Shown here: piece after piece, positions 26,209 through 39,625 of the stretch
Numbering within the stretch: the stretch's first letter is position 1
How the letters are laid out: each line of letters opens with the position of its first letter
From: Raja brachyura
Taxonomy: Eukaryota
Length of the DNA stretch: 64,000 nucleotides
Assembly: GCA_963514005.1 (NCBI GenBank)
Contig: OY740817.1
Coordinates: 14,570,001-14,634,000 of the forward strand
Direction: 5' to 3'
Translations under genes and position numbers: made by a program
Notes under the pieces: generated by a model
Databases searched by the model: none
Seen by the model: the letters and a program-made list of their open reading frames with translations, nothing else
What the model was told of the DNA's origin: nothing

Positions 26209-29200
26209 TGTTAGCTCGAGCACACAGAGTGATGAGACGTCGCCCACGGGCGGATGCCCCACCAAGACAAATGATAGTAAAGGTGCAATATGACCATGTA
26301 CTGGAGGAGATGATGAAAAAAATTGTCTGTACCAAGAATCTCACATACGAGGGAGATAAGATCAGTATCTACTGAGATTATCCTGTGGAGTTCTCCAGGA
26401 AGAGAGCGCTGTTTAAAGAGACAAAAAAAAAATACTGAAGGATGTGAAAGATCTGAAGTATGGTCTGATGTACCCGGCTACACTAAGAGTTACCTACAAT
26501 AAGAATGAACATATCTTTACCAACCCTGCGGATGCATTGGAGTTCGCCCAGAAGATCAAGAACCTGCCTGACGACAGAATATTATCTACAAAATAAAGGA
26601 CGCCAAAGAACAATGTAACTTTGGGGGTTACACAAAAAGCTGGAGAAACTCAGCGGGTGCAGCAGCATCTAAGGAGCGAAGGAGATAGGCGACGTTTCGG
26701 GTCGAGACCCTTCTTCAGACTGATCAGGGATCAGGGAAACGAGAGATATAAACAGTGATATGGAGAGATAAAGCAAGAACAATGAGTGAAAGATATGCAA
26801 AAAAGTATTGGTGATAAGGGAAGCAAGCCATTGTAAGCTGTTTCTGGTGTGAAAATGAGAAGCTAGTGCGACTTGGGGGGGGGGGGAGATGGAGAAGGAA
26901 TGTCAGGGCCCGAGGGCTGAGGGAGAGGTGGGGGGGGGGGGGGGGAAGGGAGCAGTCTGGGTTAACAGAATTGAGAAAATTCAATGTTTAAGCCCAGAGG
27001 ATGCAAACTCCCCAAGCGGAATATGAGATGTTGTTCCTCAAACTTGCGGTGTTGTTCACTCTGGCCATGGAGGAGGCCCAGGACCGAGAGGTCGGATACG
27101 GAGTGGGAGGGGGAGTTGAAGTGCTGAGCCACCGGGAGGTCGGGTTGGTTATTGCGGACCGAGCGGAGGTGTTCGGCGAAACGATCGCCTAGCCTCCGCT
27201 TGGTCTCACCGATGTAGATTAGCTGGCATCTGGAGCAACGGATGCAGTAGACGAGGTTGGAGGAGGTGCAGGTGAACCTCTGTCGGACTTGGAATGACTG
27301 CTTGGGTCCCTGAAAGGAGTGGATGGGGGAGGTGAAGGGACAAGTGTAGCATCTCTTGCGGTTGCAAGGGAAAGTGCCCGGGGAAGGAGTGGAGCGGGAG
27401 GGAAGGGAAGAATTGACGAGGGAGTTGCGGAGGGAGCGGTCTTTGCGGAAGGCAGACAGGGGGGGAGATGGGAAGATGTGGCGAGTGGAGGGGTCACGTT
27501 GGAGGTGGCGAAACTGGCGGAGGACTATCTGTTGTATTAAGGACCTGTTATACCCAAGGACAATCGAAAATGAAGAAGGATGCTGAATAAGGCCTTTCCC
27601 ATGGACGTTACACTCATAGCTACTATTATAATACTATTAACATAAATAACTAACAAATACTAATATCACTGCGCGGTACTATTAATAATTATTACTAATG
27701 GTCACTAATTACTTACAGTTGAATTACTTAGAATTAGCTAAACGGTAATTATGAGTGCAGTTGGATTTAAAGTTTGATTTCACTTTTCTTCCCTTTTTTT
27801 AAATATATTTTTATATATATATATATATTTGACTAATGGAATTTGAATACTTTGGAACCTAAAATGTTTCCCACCCCCCCCCCCCCCGGTAAAATATCGC
27901 TATGGAAATGTAATTTTAAAGAGAGCATGGAGCTAGTCAAGTTTTTTTTTTACATCGACTACGGAAGTCGGTAGGTGGTTAGCCATGCTAGTATGGCTAT
28001 CACTAACTACACTACTTATAGATGTAGTTTTTTCTTTCTTTTTGCACTTTACTAACCTCTTAATCTATCCCTTTTTTTAATATAATACTTTATTATAATT
28101 TTAAGTTTGAATGGAGTTATAAGTTTTATCAAAGGAGATATATACGTGAGAAAGATCAACGGGGTTTAAAATTCATCTATCTGATGATCCGGTGTAATGT
28201 CGGGCTTGTCGAGCTGAACCATTTGCTCTTTTATAGACCTCCCTAAACAGAAGATACAAGACTCAAATATGAAGATTGGGGGTGAAGGAATAACATTTTG
28301 TAGCTGGAATGTTAAGGGTATTAACGAACCAATTAAGAGAGGAAAAGTAGTAGCACATTTAAAAGCACTTAAAACAGATGTAATATTCCTCCAAGAAACT
28401 CACCTAAAAAAGGATGCAGAACATAGATTGAAAGCTAAATGGATTGATAAAGCGTATCATTCTTCATTTACACATAAATCCAGAGGTGTTGCAATACAAA
28501 TCCGTAAAGGGATACCTTTTAAACATATATCAACTATAACGGACAGTGATGGAAGATACATTATATTAATAGGTGAAGTATATGCACAAAAATGGACTCT
28601 TATTAATGTTTATGGACAAAATTTTGATAGTCCTTTGTTTTTTTAGAAAATATTTAATACAATTCCGGAATTAGCACAACACAATTTAATAATTGGAGGA
28701 GACTTAAATTGTACATTAGATCCCTATTTAGATAGGTCATCAAGACAAAGGAAAATCAAATCGCACTCCAGTGACTTATTAAACGCATATATAGATACAA
28801 GTAATATCAAAGATGTTTGGAGAATAGAAAACCCAACTGGACGAGAATATACATTTTATTCACCGGTACATAAAACATATTCAAGAATAGATTATTTTTT
28901 GGTGGACTCTAAGCTTATTCCATTTACTTATAATTCGAAATACCACAATATTATAATCTCGGACCATGCCCCTTTAACATTTATGATTAAAATAAATGGA
29001 AGGACTGAGAAACAGGTACAATGGAGACTTAACCCACAAATTTTAAAGGAAAAAGCATCTCAGGAAACATTTAAAGCATTTACTCGGGGAGCCGTGATCT
29101 CTTCCCAAGCATTTTATAATAAAAAGAATCGGGTGATACAACAGGCATTGGAAAGGGAAATTAAACAATTAGACATAGAGAATGCGGCTACACCAACCAT

Positions 29201-32200
29201 GATAAAACACAATAAAATTGCAGCATTGAAAAATAAATTAAATAAAATATATTCAGACCAAGTTGTAAAATGTTATCAATATACTAAACAATTACATTTA
29301 GAATTTGGAGATAAACCTCAAAAATTATTGGCTCGTCAATTACGGAAACTGGACGGGGAAAAAACAATTCATAGGATTAAATCAGACAAAGGAGAACCAC
29401 TAGTACAACCTAAGGATATTAACGAGAGATTTCTGCAATATTATCAAAACCTTTATTCTGCTAAAACGATAGATCACCGGACAGGAATAGAAGCATTCTT
29501 ACAAAAATGCAATCTTAAAGGGTTAGATTTGAAAGATAGAGAATTATTAGACACTGAAATAACAGTAAAAGAAATTGAAGAGTCTATCAGATCTCTAAAA
29601 AATGGTAAATCCCCGGGACCAGATGGCATTGGCTCAGAATTTTATAAAACATTCTATGACCTGATTGTTCTGCGTTTAAAGACATTATACGAACATATTT
29701 ATACCCAACAGAAATTACCAGAAACGCTAAATGAATCTATTATGACACTTATACCAAAAATAGATAAGGATCTGGATGATCCAGGATCATATAGAGCTAT
29801 AGCTCTTCTAAATACTGATCAAAAAATATTAACTAAAATCCTAGCACAAAGATTAAGTACAGTGATTAATAAATTAATACACCCGGATCAAACAGGATTT
29901 ATACCAAAACGGTATTCCTCATATAGCCTGAGACGATTATTGAATATTATATACTCAAAAAGAAGTATTAACAAAGATCTAGCAATTATTTCGTTAGATG
30001 CTGAGAAAGCTTTCGACCAGGTGGAATGGCCCTATTTATTTTCGGTTATGGAAATTTTTCAACTGGGCGAGAAGTTTAGTACATGGGTAAAACTTTTATA
30101 TACTAATTCAACAGCTAGAATATCAACAAATCAAATGTTATCAACTAAATTTAACTTATCTCGAGGCTGTAGACAAGGATGTCCGTTATCCCCGCTATTA
30201 TTTGCACTTGTAATAGAACCATTAGCAGAAAGTGTGAGGTCCCATCCTGAAATATATGGGTATAAAACCAAAGATACTGAAAATAAAATCTCCTTATACG
30301 CAGACGATGTATTAATTTACATCACAAAACCTGAAGTTAGTATCCCTAACTTATTAAATTTAATAACTGAATATGGCTCATTTTCAGGATACAGAATTAA
30401 TTGGAATAAAAGTGAAATCATGCCAATAATGGAAAGTAATCCACATATATTACAACAATTCCCTTTTAAAATAGTAAATGAAAAACTCAAATATAATGGA
30501 ATTTATGTAACAAAGAGATATACTTCTTTATTTAAATCTAATTTCCCGCCTTTATTGAACAAATTACATAAGAATATTTTATATTGGAAAACATTACCTA
30601 TTTCAATGTTGGGTAGAATTAATGTGATAAAAATGATTTTTCTCCCGCAATTATTGTACCTCTTTCAATTAATCCCGATACATCTCTCAAAAACTTTTTT
30701 AAAAAAGGTTGACTCTATAGTCACCAATTTTATCTGGGATTATAAGAACCACAGAATAAATAAAAAACACTTATGTAATTCAAAAATAAATGGAGGTTTA
30801 GCACTACCAAATTTTATGTTTTATTTTTGGGCAGTTAATATTAAAAATATGAATTTTTGGTTGGAAGAACCGGACAAACAGCCAGATTGGTTAAAAATGG
30901 AAAAGGAAGACCGTTTACCTTTTGAAATTGGGTCGATTCTATTTGCTATTACTAAATTAAGCAAAAAAACCTATAAAGAAAACCCTATAATAGACAGTGG
31001 AATAGACGCATTTGGAAACAATTAAAGAAGACACTAAAATTGGATAATTTACCACTATCTCTTCCCATTGTAAACAATGCTACATTTAAACCCTCATTGA
31101 TGGATAAAGGTTTTTTACAATGGAAAAATCACGGAATTACAAAGATTGGCGATCGCTATAGGAAAAGTTCATTTCTCTCATTTCAGGAACTAAAACAAAT
31201 TTATGGGCTTCATTCAAGAGACTACTTTAGATATCTACAAATTAGAGACTATGCTAAGTCAAATACACAGGACTATAGAAATAGAAACACAGAAATTCAT
31301 GATGAATGTTTGAATAAACACCCGAACACAGAAAAATTGATATCTTATATTTATAATATTCTATTAGATAATGATGTACCCATGACGGAAATATATAGGC
31401 AATCATGGGAAAACGAACTAGGATTTCATCCCAGAAATATGGGATGAAAGCTTACAACATATACATCACTGTTCGTTAAATGCTAGACATTCTTTAATAC
31501 CATTTAAAGTATTACATAGATTGCACTATTCAAAAACCAAATTAAACTTAATCTTCCCATGCGTATCCCCTATTTGTGATAAATGTCAACACTTAGAGGC
31601 TAATCTAACGCACACATTTGTAAGCTGTATAAAAATTAATAATTTTTGGATGGAAATTTTTAAGATAATTTCGGAAGTCGTCAATACCAAATTGGTCCCC
31701 GATTCAAAATTAATAATATTAGGAATACTAGATCAAAATCAATTATTTATAACGAACCAAAGGACCTTTATCGATTATAGTTTAATAATTGGGAAACAAA
31801 TAATATTAAAAGGCCCTATAACCCCCACAATTAAAATGTGGACTATGGAAATGTCGGAGACCCAACTGTTGGAAAGATTAAGATTTGTCTTAATGGAGAA
31901 ACAAGAATTATTTACTAGAATATGGTCCCCATTCATTGAATATTTGAAGGGGCAAACTGGTTCGGCACGAGAACCTGACTGAAACCAGAATTAAGGAATA
32001 GATGAAGAATTACATTTTATAATCTGCGGACATATCTCCAATGATGCATGATCCATTCTTCTTTTGTTTTTTTTTCTTTCCCCCTCTCTATTACTTTCTA
32101 TCTATATAAATATTTAAAAAATATATAGAAGTACAATTACTATACAATTGTTAATATAAATAATATTAGTAATGTATGACTATAACAAACAAAATGCTTT

Positions 32201-32243
32201 TTATTATGTATTTACTTCTAATAAAAAAATGTATTAAAAAAAA
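26209..32243 (+). mobile_element. L1-clade LINE, 5'-truncated in ORF1, ORF2 disrupted
   Basis: ORF1 C-terminus (RAHRV..PRQMIVK..YPATLRVT). ORF2: APE (SWNVKGIN, LQETH, SDHAP), RT (PGPDG, RQGCPLSP, YADD), CCHC. Poly-A. TSD AGA(A/T)AGCAACCTC at 26196-26208 and 32244-32256. Confidence 0.95.
26628..27535 (-). mobile_element. Penelope-like element 3' fragment (GIY-YIG end plus tail) inside the L1 spacer
   Basis: Reverse-complement homologue of 44370-45125. Confidence 0.85.
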
Positions 32244-32863
32244 AGATAGCAACCTCCAAACTAAGTTTAGCACTTACCTCGAGGTTTTTTAAACTTACCG
32301 CTGGAGGAGCTCTGCTACTCCAACAGACGCTGCGCCATGCGTCTGACGTAATGACGTGCGTGCGGCTGGACGGCGTTTTTCTTCACGTAGTCACTCACGT
32401 GACTCCGAAGTAAAATGTTATACAGTTTAAGAAACTGCACAATCAAATGAGATGTGTTATTTAAAAATAGTCGATTTTTGGAGTGGGGGAGGCACGGTGG
32501 CGCTGCGGTAGAGTTGCTGCCTCGCAGCGCCAGAGACCCAGGTTCAATCCTGACTACGGGTGCTGTCTGTACGGAGTTTCTGCGATCTCCCCGTGACCTG
32601 CGTGGGTTTTCCTCCCACTCGGCAAAAACGTGCAGGTTGTAGGTTAATTGACTTGGTGTACGTGTAAATTGTCGTTAGTGTGTGTTGGATAGTGCTAGTG
32701 TGCGGGGATCGCTGGTCGGAGCAGACTCGGTGGGCTGGTGCATGTCCAAACTAAACTAAACTAAAGCAAACAAATGAAACGTATACACAATAATTCTCGG
32801 ACAGCTCCACAGGACGTGCACTCCATAAATCTCAGCTTCCATCGCCTCCAGCTTTGTTGTTGC

Positions 32864-32915
32864 TACAGATTAACAGCGGAGTCTACAGATGTCCTCGACG
32901 TTCTGTGCGTGGCCT
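32864..32915 (-). CDS. Candidate terminal exon of the B7-family gene
   Basis: Unique sequence with acceptor TTGTTTGTCCACTTTCAG. Joined to the TM exon, TG|A makes an immediate stop. In phase 1 it reads ATHRTSRTSVDSAVNL*. Confidence 0.35.
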
Positions 32916-34361
32916 CTGAAAGTGGACAAACAACTATCATCGCAAAGGCACTCCAATCCAAGCTCAGAGAATGAATATTTTTAAGGGAGAGAGAGATAGA
33001 TTTTTGATTAGTACGGGTGTCAGAGGTTACGGAGAGAAGGCAAGAGGGTGGGGTTAGGAGGGGGAGATAGATCAGCCATGATTGAATGGCGGAGTAGACT
33101 TGATGGGCCGAATGGCCTAATTTTACTCCTATTCCTTATGACATGAAAGGAATCAAAACAATGTGGGGGACAAACAGAACCGTAACATCAGAGCAATAAA
33201 CTTTAAAAAGTCCCTGTCAGTGATATTGCATGTACGTTATTATTTAGATTTTCATCGTACAAGGTTCAACTTAATATTAGTTTCGGTTTAGTTTAGTTTA
33301 GAGATACAGAATGGAAACAGGCCCTTCAGCCCACAGAGTCCGTGCCAACCATCGATCTCCCTTCACACTAGTTCCACTTTCGCATCCACTGCTTACACAT
33401 TCGGGACAATTTACAAAGGCCAATTGACCTACGACCCCACGTCTTTGGGGGCTGTCTGTGTGGAGTTTGCACGTTTCCCCTGCGACCGCGTGGGTATCCT
33501 CCTAGTGCTCCGGTTTCCTCCCACATCCAAAACACTTGTGGGTTTGTAGGTTAATTGGCCCTCTGTAAATTACCCCCAAGAGAGTGGATGGGAGAGTGGG
33601 ACATGATTGAACTAGTGGGAACGGGTGATGGAAGGTCGGTGCGGACTGTGGGCCTGTTTCTATGCCTTATTTCTAACTCAACTCAACTAATCGGCACGGT
33701 GGCGCAGCGGTAGAGTTGCTGCCTTACAGCACTTGCAGCGCCGGAGTCTCAAGTTCGATCCTGACTATGGGTGCAGTCTCTACGGAGTTTGCACGTTCTC
33801 CCCGTGACCGCGTGACTTTCCTCCCACATCCCAAACACGTGTGGGTTGGTAAGTTAATCGGCCCTCTGTAAATTACCTCTCCGTGTAGGAAGTGGATGTG
33901 AATGTGGGATAACATTGAAGGTGTGAACGGGTGATCGATGGTCCGTGTGGACATGGTGGGCAAGTTTCCATGCTGTATCTCTGAACTCAAATAAACAAAT
34001 CAAATATCAAATTGAACCTTGTGTGGGAAGGAACTGCAGATGCTGGTTTACACCGAAGATAGACACAAAATGTCGGAGTAACTCAGCGGGACAGGCAGCA
34101 TCTTTGGAGAGAATGGGTGACGTTTTGGGTCAAGAACCTTCTTCAATCTCGACCCGAAATGTTACCCGTTCCTTCGCTCCAAAGATGCTGCCTGACCCAC
34201 TGAGTCACTCCAGTATTTTGTGTCTATCTCAAGGATGTGCAGATGTGGTTTACACTAAAGATGATGGAGTCCAGCATTACTCCAGCATTTTGTGTCTACC
34301 AAGTCAAACCTTCTAACCTTCTAGTATAATTACGCTAAACTATCGAGGTTAAAACACTCAC

Positions 34362-34488
34362 CATTTAGTCGGGGGCTTGTGGAAATGTCGCAGTAAGAGG
34401 TAGAGCAGCAGCAACAGTGTGATAGCAGCAATGGAGGTCGGCACAATCCACCGGTGATCTGTGGCTCTCACCGTTTCCTTCGGATTCT
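34362..34488 (-). CDS. B7-family gene, stalk/transmembrane exon
   Basis: Acceptor TCTTTCCCGCAAG|, donor |GTGAGT, 127 nt, phase 1 in and phase 2 out. NPKETVRATDHRWIVPTSIAAITLLLLLYLLLRHFHKPPTK: hydrophobic helix followed by basic residues. Confidence 0.8.
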
Positions 34489-36052
34489 CTTGCGGGAAAG
34501 ACACCGACACAGAAACATCCGCTCAATATTGATGCAATTATTAAAAATCAGAAACCAAAATAACTTTTGTGCAATTTTCCACAGAATCCTTGGAGGTATG
34601 AGGAATACAATGTAGTTTAGAGGTTTAGAGATACAGTGTGGAAACAGGCCCTTGGGCCCACCGAGTCTGCACCGACCAGCGATCCCCACACATTAGCACT
34701 ATCCCACACTAGGGACAATTTACATTTATACCAAGCCAATTAACCTGTACGTCTTTGGAGTGTGGGAGGAAACTGGAAATCTCGGAAAAAGCCCACGTGC
34801 GGTCACGGGGCGAACGTACAAACGCCGTACAGACAGGACCCGTATATAACTTGTATTTAAGGTCAAACTGGGCAGTGGGAATGACCAGTGGATGATAAAT
34901 TTATGCAGGGCCCCACGTACAAGACACTGCGCAGCATCTGGTGAAGGCCAGTGTACCTGGAAAGTTCTCATATAGAACATAGAACAGTACAGAAAATAGA
35001 CACAACGTGCTGGAGTAACTCAGCGGGACAGGCAGCATCTCTGGAGAGAAGGAATGGGTGCCATTTCAGATCTATGCCTTTCTTCAGATCCGGTCTGGAA
35101 AAGGGTCTCGACCTGAAACTTCACCCATTCCTTCTCTCCAGAGATGCTGCCTGTCCCGCTGAGTTATTCCAGTGTTTTGCGTCTGTCTTCGGTGTAAACC
35201 AGCATCTGCAGTTCCTTCCTACACAGAACAGTACAGCACAGGAATAGGCCCTTCGGCCCATAATGTCTGTGACAAACACGATGCCAGGTTATACTAATCC
35301 CCTTAGTTTTAGTTTACTTTAGAGATACAGCGCGGAAACAGGCCCTGTGGCCCAACACGTCCGCGCCGACCGGCGATCCCCGCACACTAACACACTAGGG
35401 ACAATTTCCAATTTTATTTCGGAGTCACGCGAGTGACTACGTGAAGAAGCCCCGCCAGGTGCATGTTCGGCATTACGTCGACGCATGTGGCACCGACAGG
35501 GTGGAGAGCGCAGCTCCCACCAGCGGTAAGTTTAACCCATAGGTAAGTCAGTGTTGAACTTCTTGCCAGTGTTTTTTAAACTCTGTAAGTCTGCAGAGCC
35601 AGCTAGAGTGTTTATGTATTGTGGAATTTTAAAAAAACTCTACATCTGGCTTGAATATACGGAGCAAGCTGGAGTATAAGTATTTAAACTGCAGTAATTG
35701 AATGGAACGCGCTGAAACCGCAGTTTCCGATTTAGATGGGATCGGGAGATAAGGCTGATTTAAAAACCGGTTCCCGCTATTTAGATCGGGTTTGGAGATA
35801 ACGGCTGCGCTAAATGCCGGCTCCAAATACCCACAATGGTAAAATAAAGTCTGCTCTGTGTAAATGTTACCAGATGCAGTTTTCCTTTATGGAAATGTAT
35901 ACTGAGGTTAATACTAATATTCTGACAAGCAGAATGTGCCTCTCAGAATTATAATTTTAAAGGTATATGATTTATGCACAAATACAAAACAGTAAAGAAA
36001 GTAACTCTCCTCCAAGGGAAGACAAGAATGAGGGGAAGGCTGGAAATGGAGA

Positions 36053-36522
36053 AAATGCTCCACACTTGACTTAGTCAAGGGTTCTAAGACCCATGTATGT
36101 CTTCCTGTAAGGCAAGCTCCAAAGGAGTTTCCATACGCTGAGTATGGTGCCTATGAAAATGGAATTCTGATTCTCCAGTATCTTGGTTAGGTCTGGATGA
36201 GGTCACTAGAGCAAGATAAAATGCTCAGAATTCTAATCAGTCAAAGGTTTTAAAGACCCACTAAGGCAGGCTCCATACACCAAGTATGGTGCCTATAAAG
36301 AATGAGAATCTCATTCACCAGTGCCTTGCATAGGTCTGGATGAAGTCTTTAGAGCAAGATAAACTGCTCAAAACTCTAAACAATTAAGGGTTTTAAGACC
36401 CATGAGATTCTAAGGCAGGCTCCGAAGGAGTTTCCATACAATGAGTATGGTGCCTATGAAGAATGAGAATCTCATTCACCAGTGCCTTGCATAGGTCTGG
36501 ATGAAGTCTCCTTAGAGCAAGA
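36053..36522 (+). repeat. Three ~140-165 bp tandem units within DIRS-B gag
   Basis: Recurring AGACCCA..AAGGCAGGCTCC..AGTATGGTGCCTAT..AGGTCTGGATGA..TAGAGCAAGA. Single copy in DIRS-C at ~47750-47910. Confidence 0.8.
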
Positions 36523-37183
36523 CTCAGGAGTACCAGGGCAGGATGAAACTGATCCTGAAGCTGGTGTCCCTACTTATGTGTATACACCAGAGCACAATAG
36601 AAATGCTCCGGGTGTTCCCGATGTAGCACCAAGTTTTGCTATATCGGTATGGACTGGTGAGGCTATGGATGAACCTGGCGGCCAACATTATTTGGTTTCT
36701 CACCTACTCCAAGATACTGTTATGACTGAAACAGTAAATAATATATAAAACACCCGTCTATTGTGCCTCGCTCAGGGTGCCATCAGTAACTCAGTAATTA
36801 GGCACCCATGAGTCAATGATGCGAGGACAGGAAATGTGTTCCAGTATGTCCTCTAGCTGATATTCAGTTGGCATCATTGTATTTGGAGAAGACATACATG
36901 GGTCAATAATGTCCAATACTGTTAAGACATGCTTGCGTTACTCTGCAATGCATATTCGAACCCAATTGTATGATGCAAATTGCCATTTGGCTAACATTAT
37001 CCCCAATATACGCAGGATTATATGGGACAAGCTATAACCAGATTTATGATTGATGAAAACGAACCCCTATATTAAGAAGGAGGAGATCTTCTGGTTCATT
37101 TACGGAAGTACAGAAACGTCATTCCATTACACATGGAATTTCTGGGAAAACAACCTATGGTTGGTTAAGATTGCAATTGTTTA

Positions 37184-38131
37184 TTTGGGAAGAAAGCTTA
37201 CAACAAATTCATCGCTGTTCGTTAAATGCCAGACATACTTTGATACAATTCAAAGTAATACATAGATTACACTACTCAAAAAAGAAATTAAATAGAATTT
37301 TTCCTAATATATCACCATTATGTGATAAATGTCAGCACATAGAAGCCGATTTAACTCATAGTTTTGTAATATGTACAAAACTTAATAACTATTGGACTGA
37401 GATTTTTAAAATTATTTCCATAGTTTTAAAGATCACATTAAGCCCTGCTCAAAATTAATTATATTTGGGGTTTTAGATTCAAACCAAACTTTAAAAGTAA
37501 ATCAAAGAAATTTTCTGGATTACTGTTTAATTATTGGAAAAAAATTAATATTACAATTTTGGAAGGGACCATTATCCCCGACAATTAAAATGTGGACAGT
37601 GGAAATGTTGGAGACATTACAACTGGAGAGAATTAGGTTTATCCTAATGGATAAACTTGAGCTTTTTGAACAAATATGGTCTCCATTCACTGATTATATG
37701 AAGGGGTAGCTGGGCTCGGCATTGAAACTCAATGAGTACCCGGTGGAAAGATCAAACAAAAATGTTTAATTTCAGATTTATATACTTGTCTCTATATATT
37801 ATATTTAGAAATTGCTCCATTCATTGATAAGATGTATACTGTTTTCTTTTCCACACGTATAATAACAGTTTACTAGTTATATGTTTTTTTTTTGTTTGTT
37901 GTTTTTTTTTATATTAATCAAATATAATCATACTCTTTTAATTACCCACTATTCTTTCTTTATACTTTTTTCTTATTCTCTTTTTTCACTCTATAAAAAA
38001 AAGTGAGGCCTATATATATGGTTTGCTAATATTTATATAATTTTGGAAAGATGTATTAACTATATCTGAAAAAAATTGTTATATTATTTGTAATATGTAT
38101 GGCCTCTAATAAAAATATATTTTTTAAAAAA
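37184..38131 (+). mobile_element. L1 3' fragment inserted in DIRS-B
   Basis: HRCSLNARHTLIQFKVIHRLHYSK..CDKC..LTH matches the L1 at 31450-31980. A-rich tail. Probable TSD ATT(G/A)CAATTGTTT. Confidence 0.85.
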
Positions 38132-39538
38132 ATTACAATTGTTTTGTAATTCTGCATTAATCTGATCGGCTTGGTGTTTGAATGTACCAGAAACTCGTCA
38201 GGTAGAGATAATATATACCAGACACAAGTATGGGGGTTGCAGAGTCATTCTAGGACTCACAAACTTAACTTTATAGTTCAGTATGAACATTTTTAAAAAG
38301 TACACTTCAGCATTATAATGAAGTTGTTATCACAAGGCTGCTATGTGGTTATTTTTTAGATTTTAAAAAGATGCCTATTATTCAGGTACTTCAATTAATT
38401 GGATGGGTCAGCTGAAGGAATTACCTAATGGGTTAAATTCAGCCCTCAAATTGCTCACACAATTATTGAAACCAGCACCGGTGTTAATGAGGGCTCAGAA
38501 TCACATTGTAATGACTTATCTAGAGGATATGTTAATTGTAAATGGGAGACAGCTGAAGAACTGAGTTCAGCAATCATAAGCTCATTGAAAGGCTAGGTTC
38601 TGTACATCCAAACAACATGGAAGTTACAGGCATCCCAAGCAACTGATTATTTGGGGTTTGTTTTTAATACAGTTGATATGTGAGTAACTTTATCAACAAA
38701 TTAAGGTTGGGGATGTTACAAATGCCTGTATTTGTCTTGGGGAAAAAACATTATCCCACCATCCAAGAAGTAGCTACGGTTACTGGTAAAATGATAGCAG
38801 CATTCATGCTGCCGAATTGGGACCTCTGCATGATCAAAGTCTGCAAAGACCAGAGTATAAGAGTAAAAAGCGTGCAGGTTATTGATTAGATCCATGCAGT
38901 TACCAAATAAAGGTTGAGTTGAATTCAATGATGGATTCGCAATGTTGCACAAGTTACTAGAAGTAAAAATTTGCTTGTTCAGAAGTCTTCAGTGTTATTA
39001 CAGACTGATGAGAGTGTTCTCAGATGGGGAGCTTAGGACAGCGACACCAGTTGTGGTGGTCGATGGACTGTCCAAGACGATTAATTCTCCAAATACATGG
39101 TTGAATTATTTGGAGTTATTGGGGGCATTTTATGCATTGATAGCTGTTGTTCTACAATAAAGAACTTGCATGTTCAATTACGAGTAGACAATACCACAAC
39201 TGTGGGAGAATACAATATTGTGATAAGACAACAGATCATGAAAATGCAAATTACAATACAGAATGAATGTTAAAATTCAAAAAGTTTTAAAAAGATTGTA
39301 TAGTATGTGTACGGTACACAGTATGTGTACCAAATGTTGATCTGTTGTGTCTGGATTAAATCCCCAGTGGTCTAAATGTGTCTCGTGGGAGTCAGACCTA
39401 GGATCATTAGCAGTGGATGCATTCTCGCTACATTGGGGAAGTATAGTCTTTTATGTTTTCCCCATTTTGTCTGATTAGACAATGTATCGCCAAAATAGAG
39501 CAAGTCTCCGCCGCAGGCGTTTGGTGTTCCAAATTGGT

Positions 39539-39625
39539 ATTGTTCTCGGCCTTTTGGCTAAGATCAAGTGTAGTATCTGTTCTTATCAGTTAATATCTGA
39601 TACGTCCCTTATCTAGGGACCATTA
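39539..39625 (+). pseudogene. RNU2: 3'-truncated U2 snRNA copy
   Basis: TTCTCGGCCTTTTGGCTAAGATCAAGTGTAGTATCTGTTCTTATCAGTTAATATCTGATACGTCCC..GGGACCAT is the U2 5' ~90 nt, including the branch-pairing GTAGTA. No Sm site and no snRNA promoter. Confidence 0.93.

Larger units (their letters stand above)
22681..32416 (-). mobile_element. DIRS-like retrotransposon A, 3'-truncated and split by an L1
   Basis: Left ITR ATTTTACTTCGGAGTCACGTGAGTGACTACGTGAAGA at ~32416-32380. Gag-like ORFs 26204-24820; RT (IDLKDAYY, YLDD) 24762-24127; RNase H (DNTTAVAYVN) 23732-23232; MT-like (DAF..W, FPPF, PDWPTQPWF) 23394-23086; start of YR 22960-22681. Confidence 0.92.

Noticed and set aside
36053-36522. CRISPR-like array
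   Set aside because: Eukaryotic context; the units are whole diverged tandem copies without unique spacers.
39539-39625. Functional U2 gene or U2-targeting Tx1 (Keno) insertion
   Set aside because: It lacks the Sm site, 3' stems and promoter, and no Tx1 sequence adjoins it.
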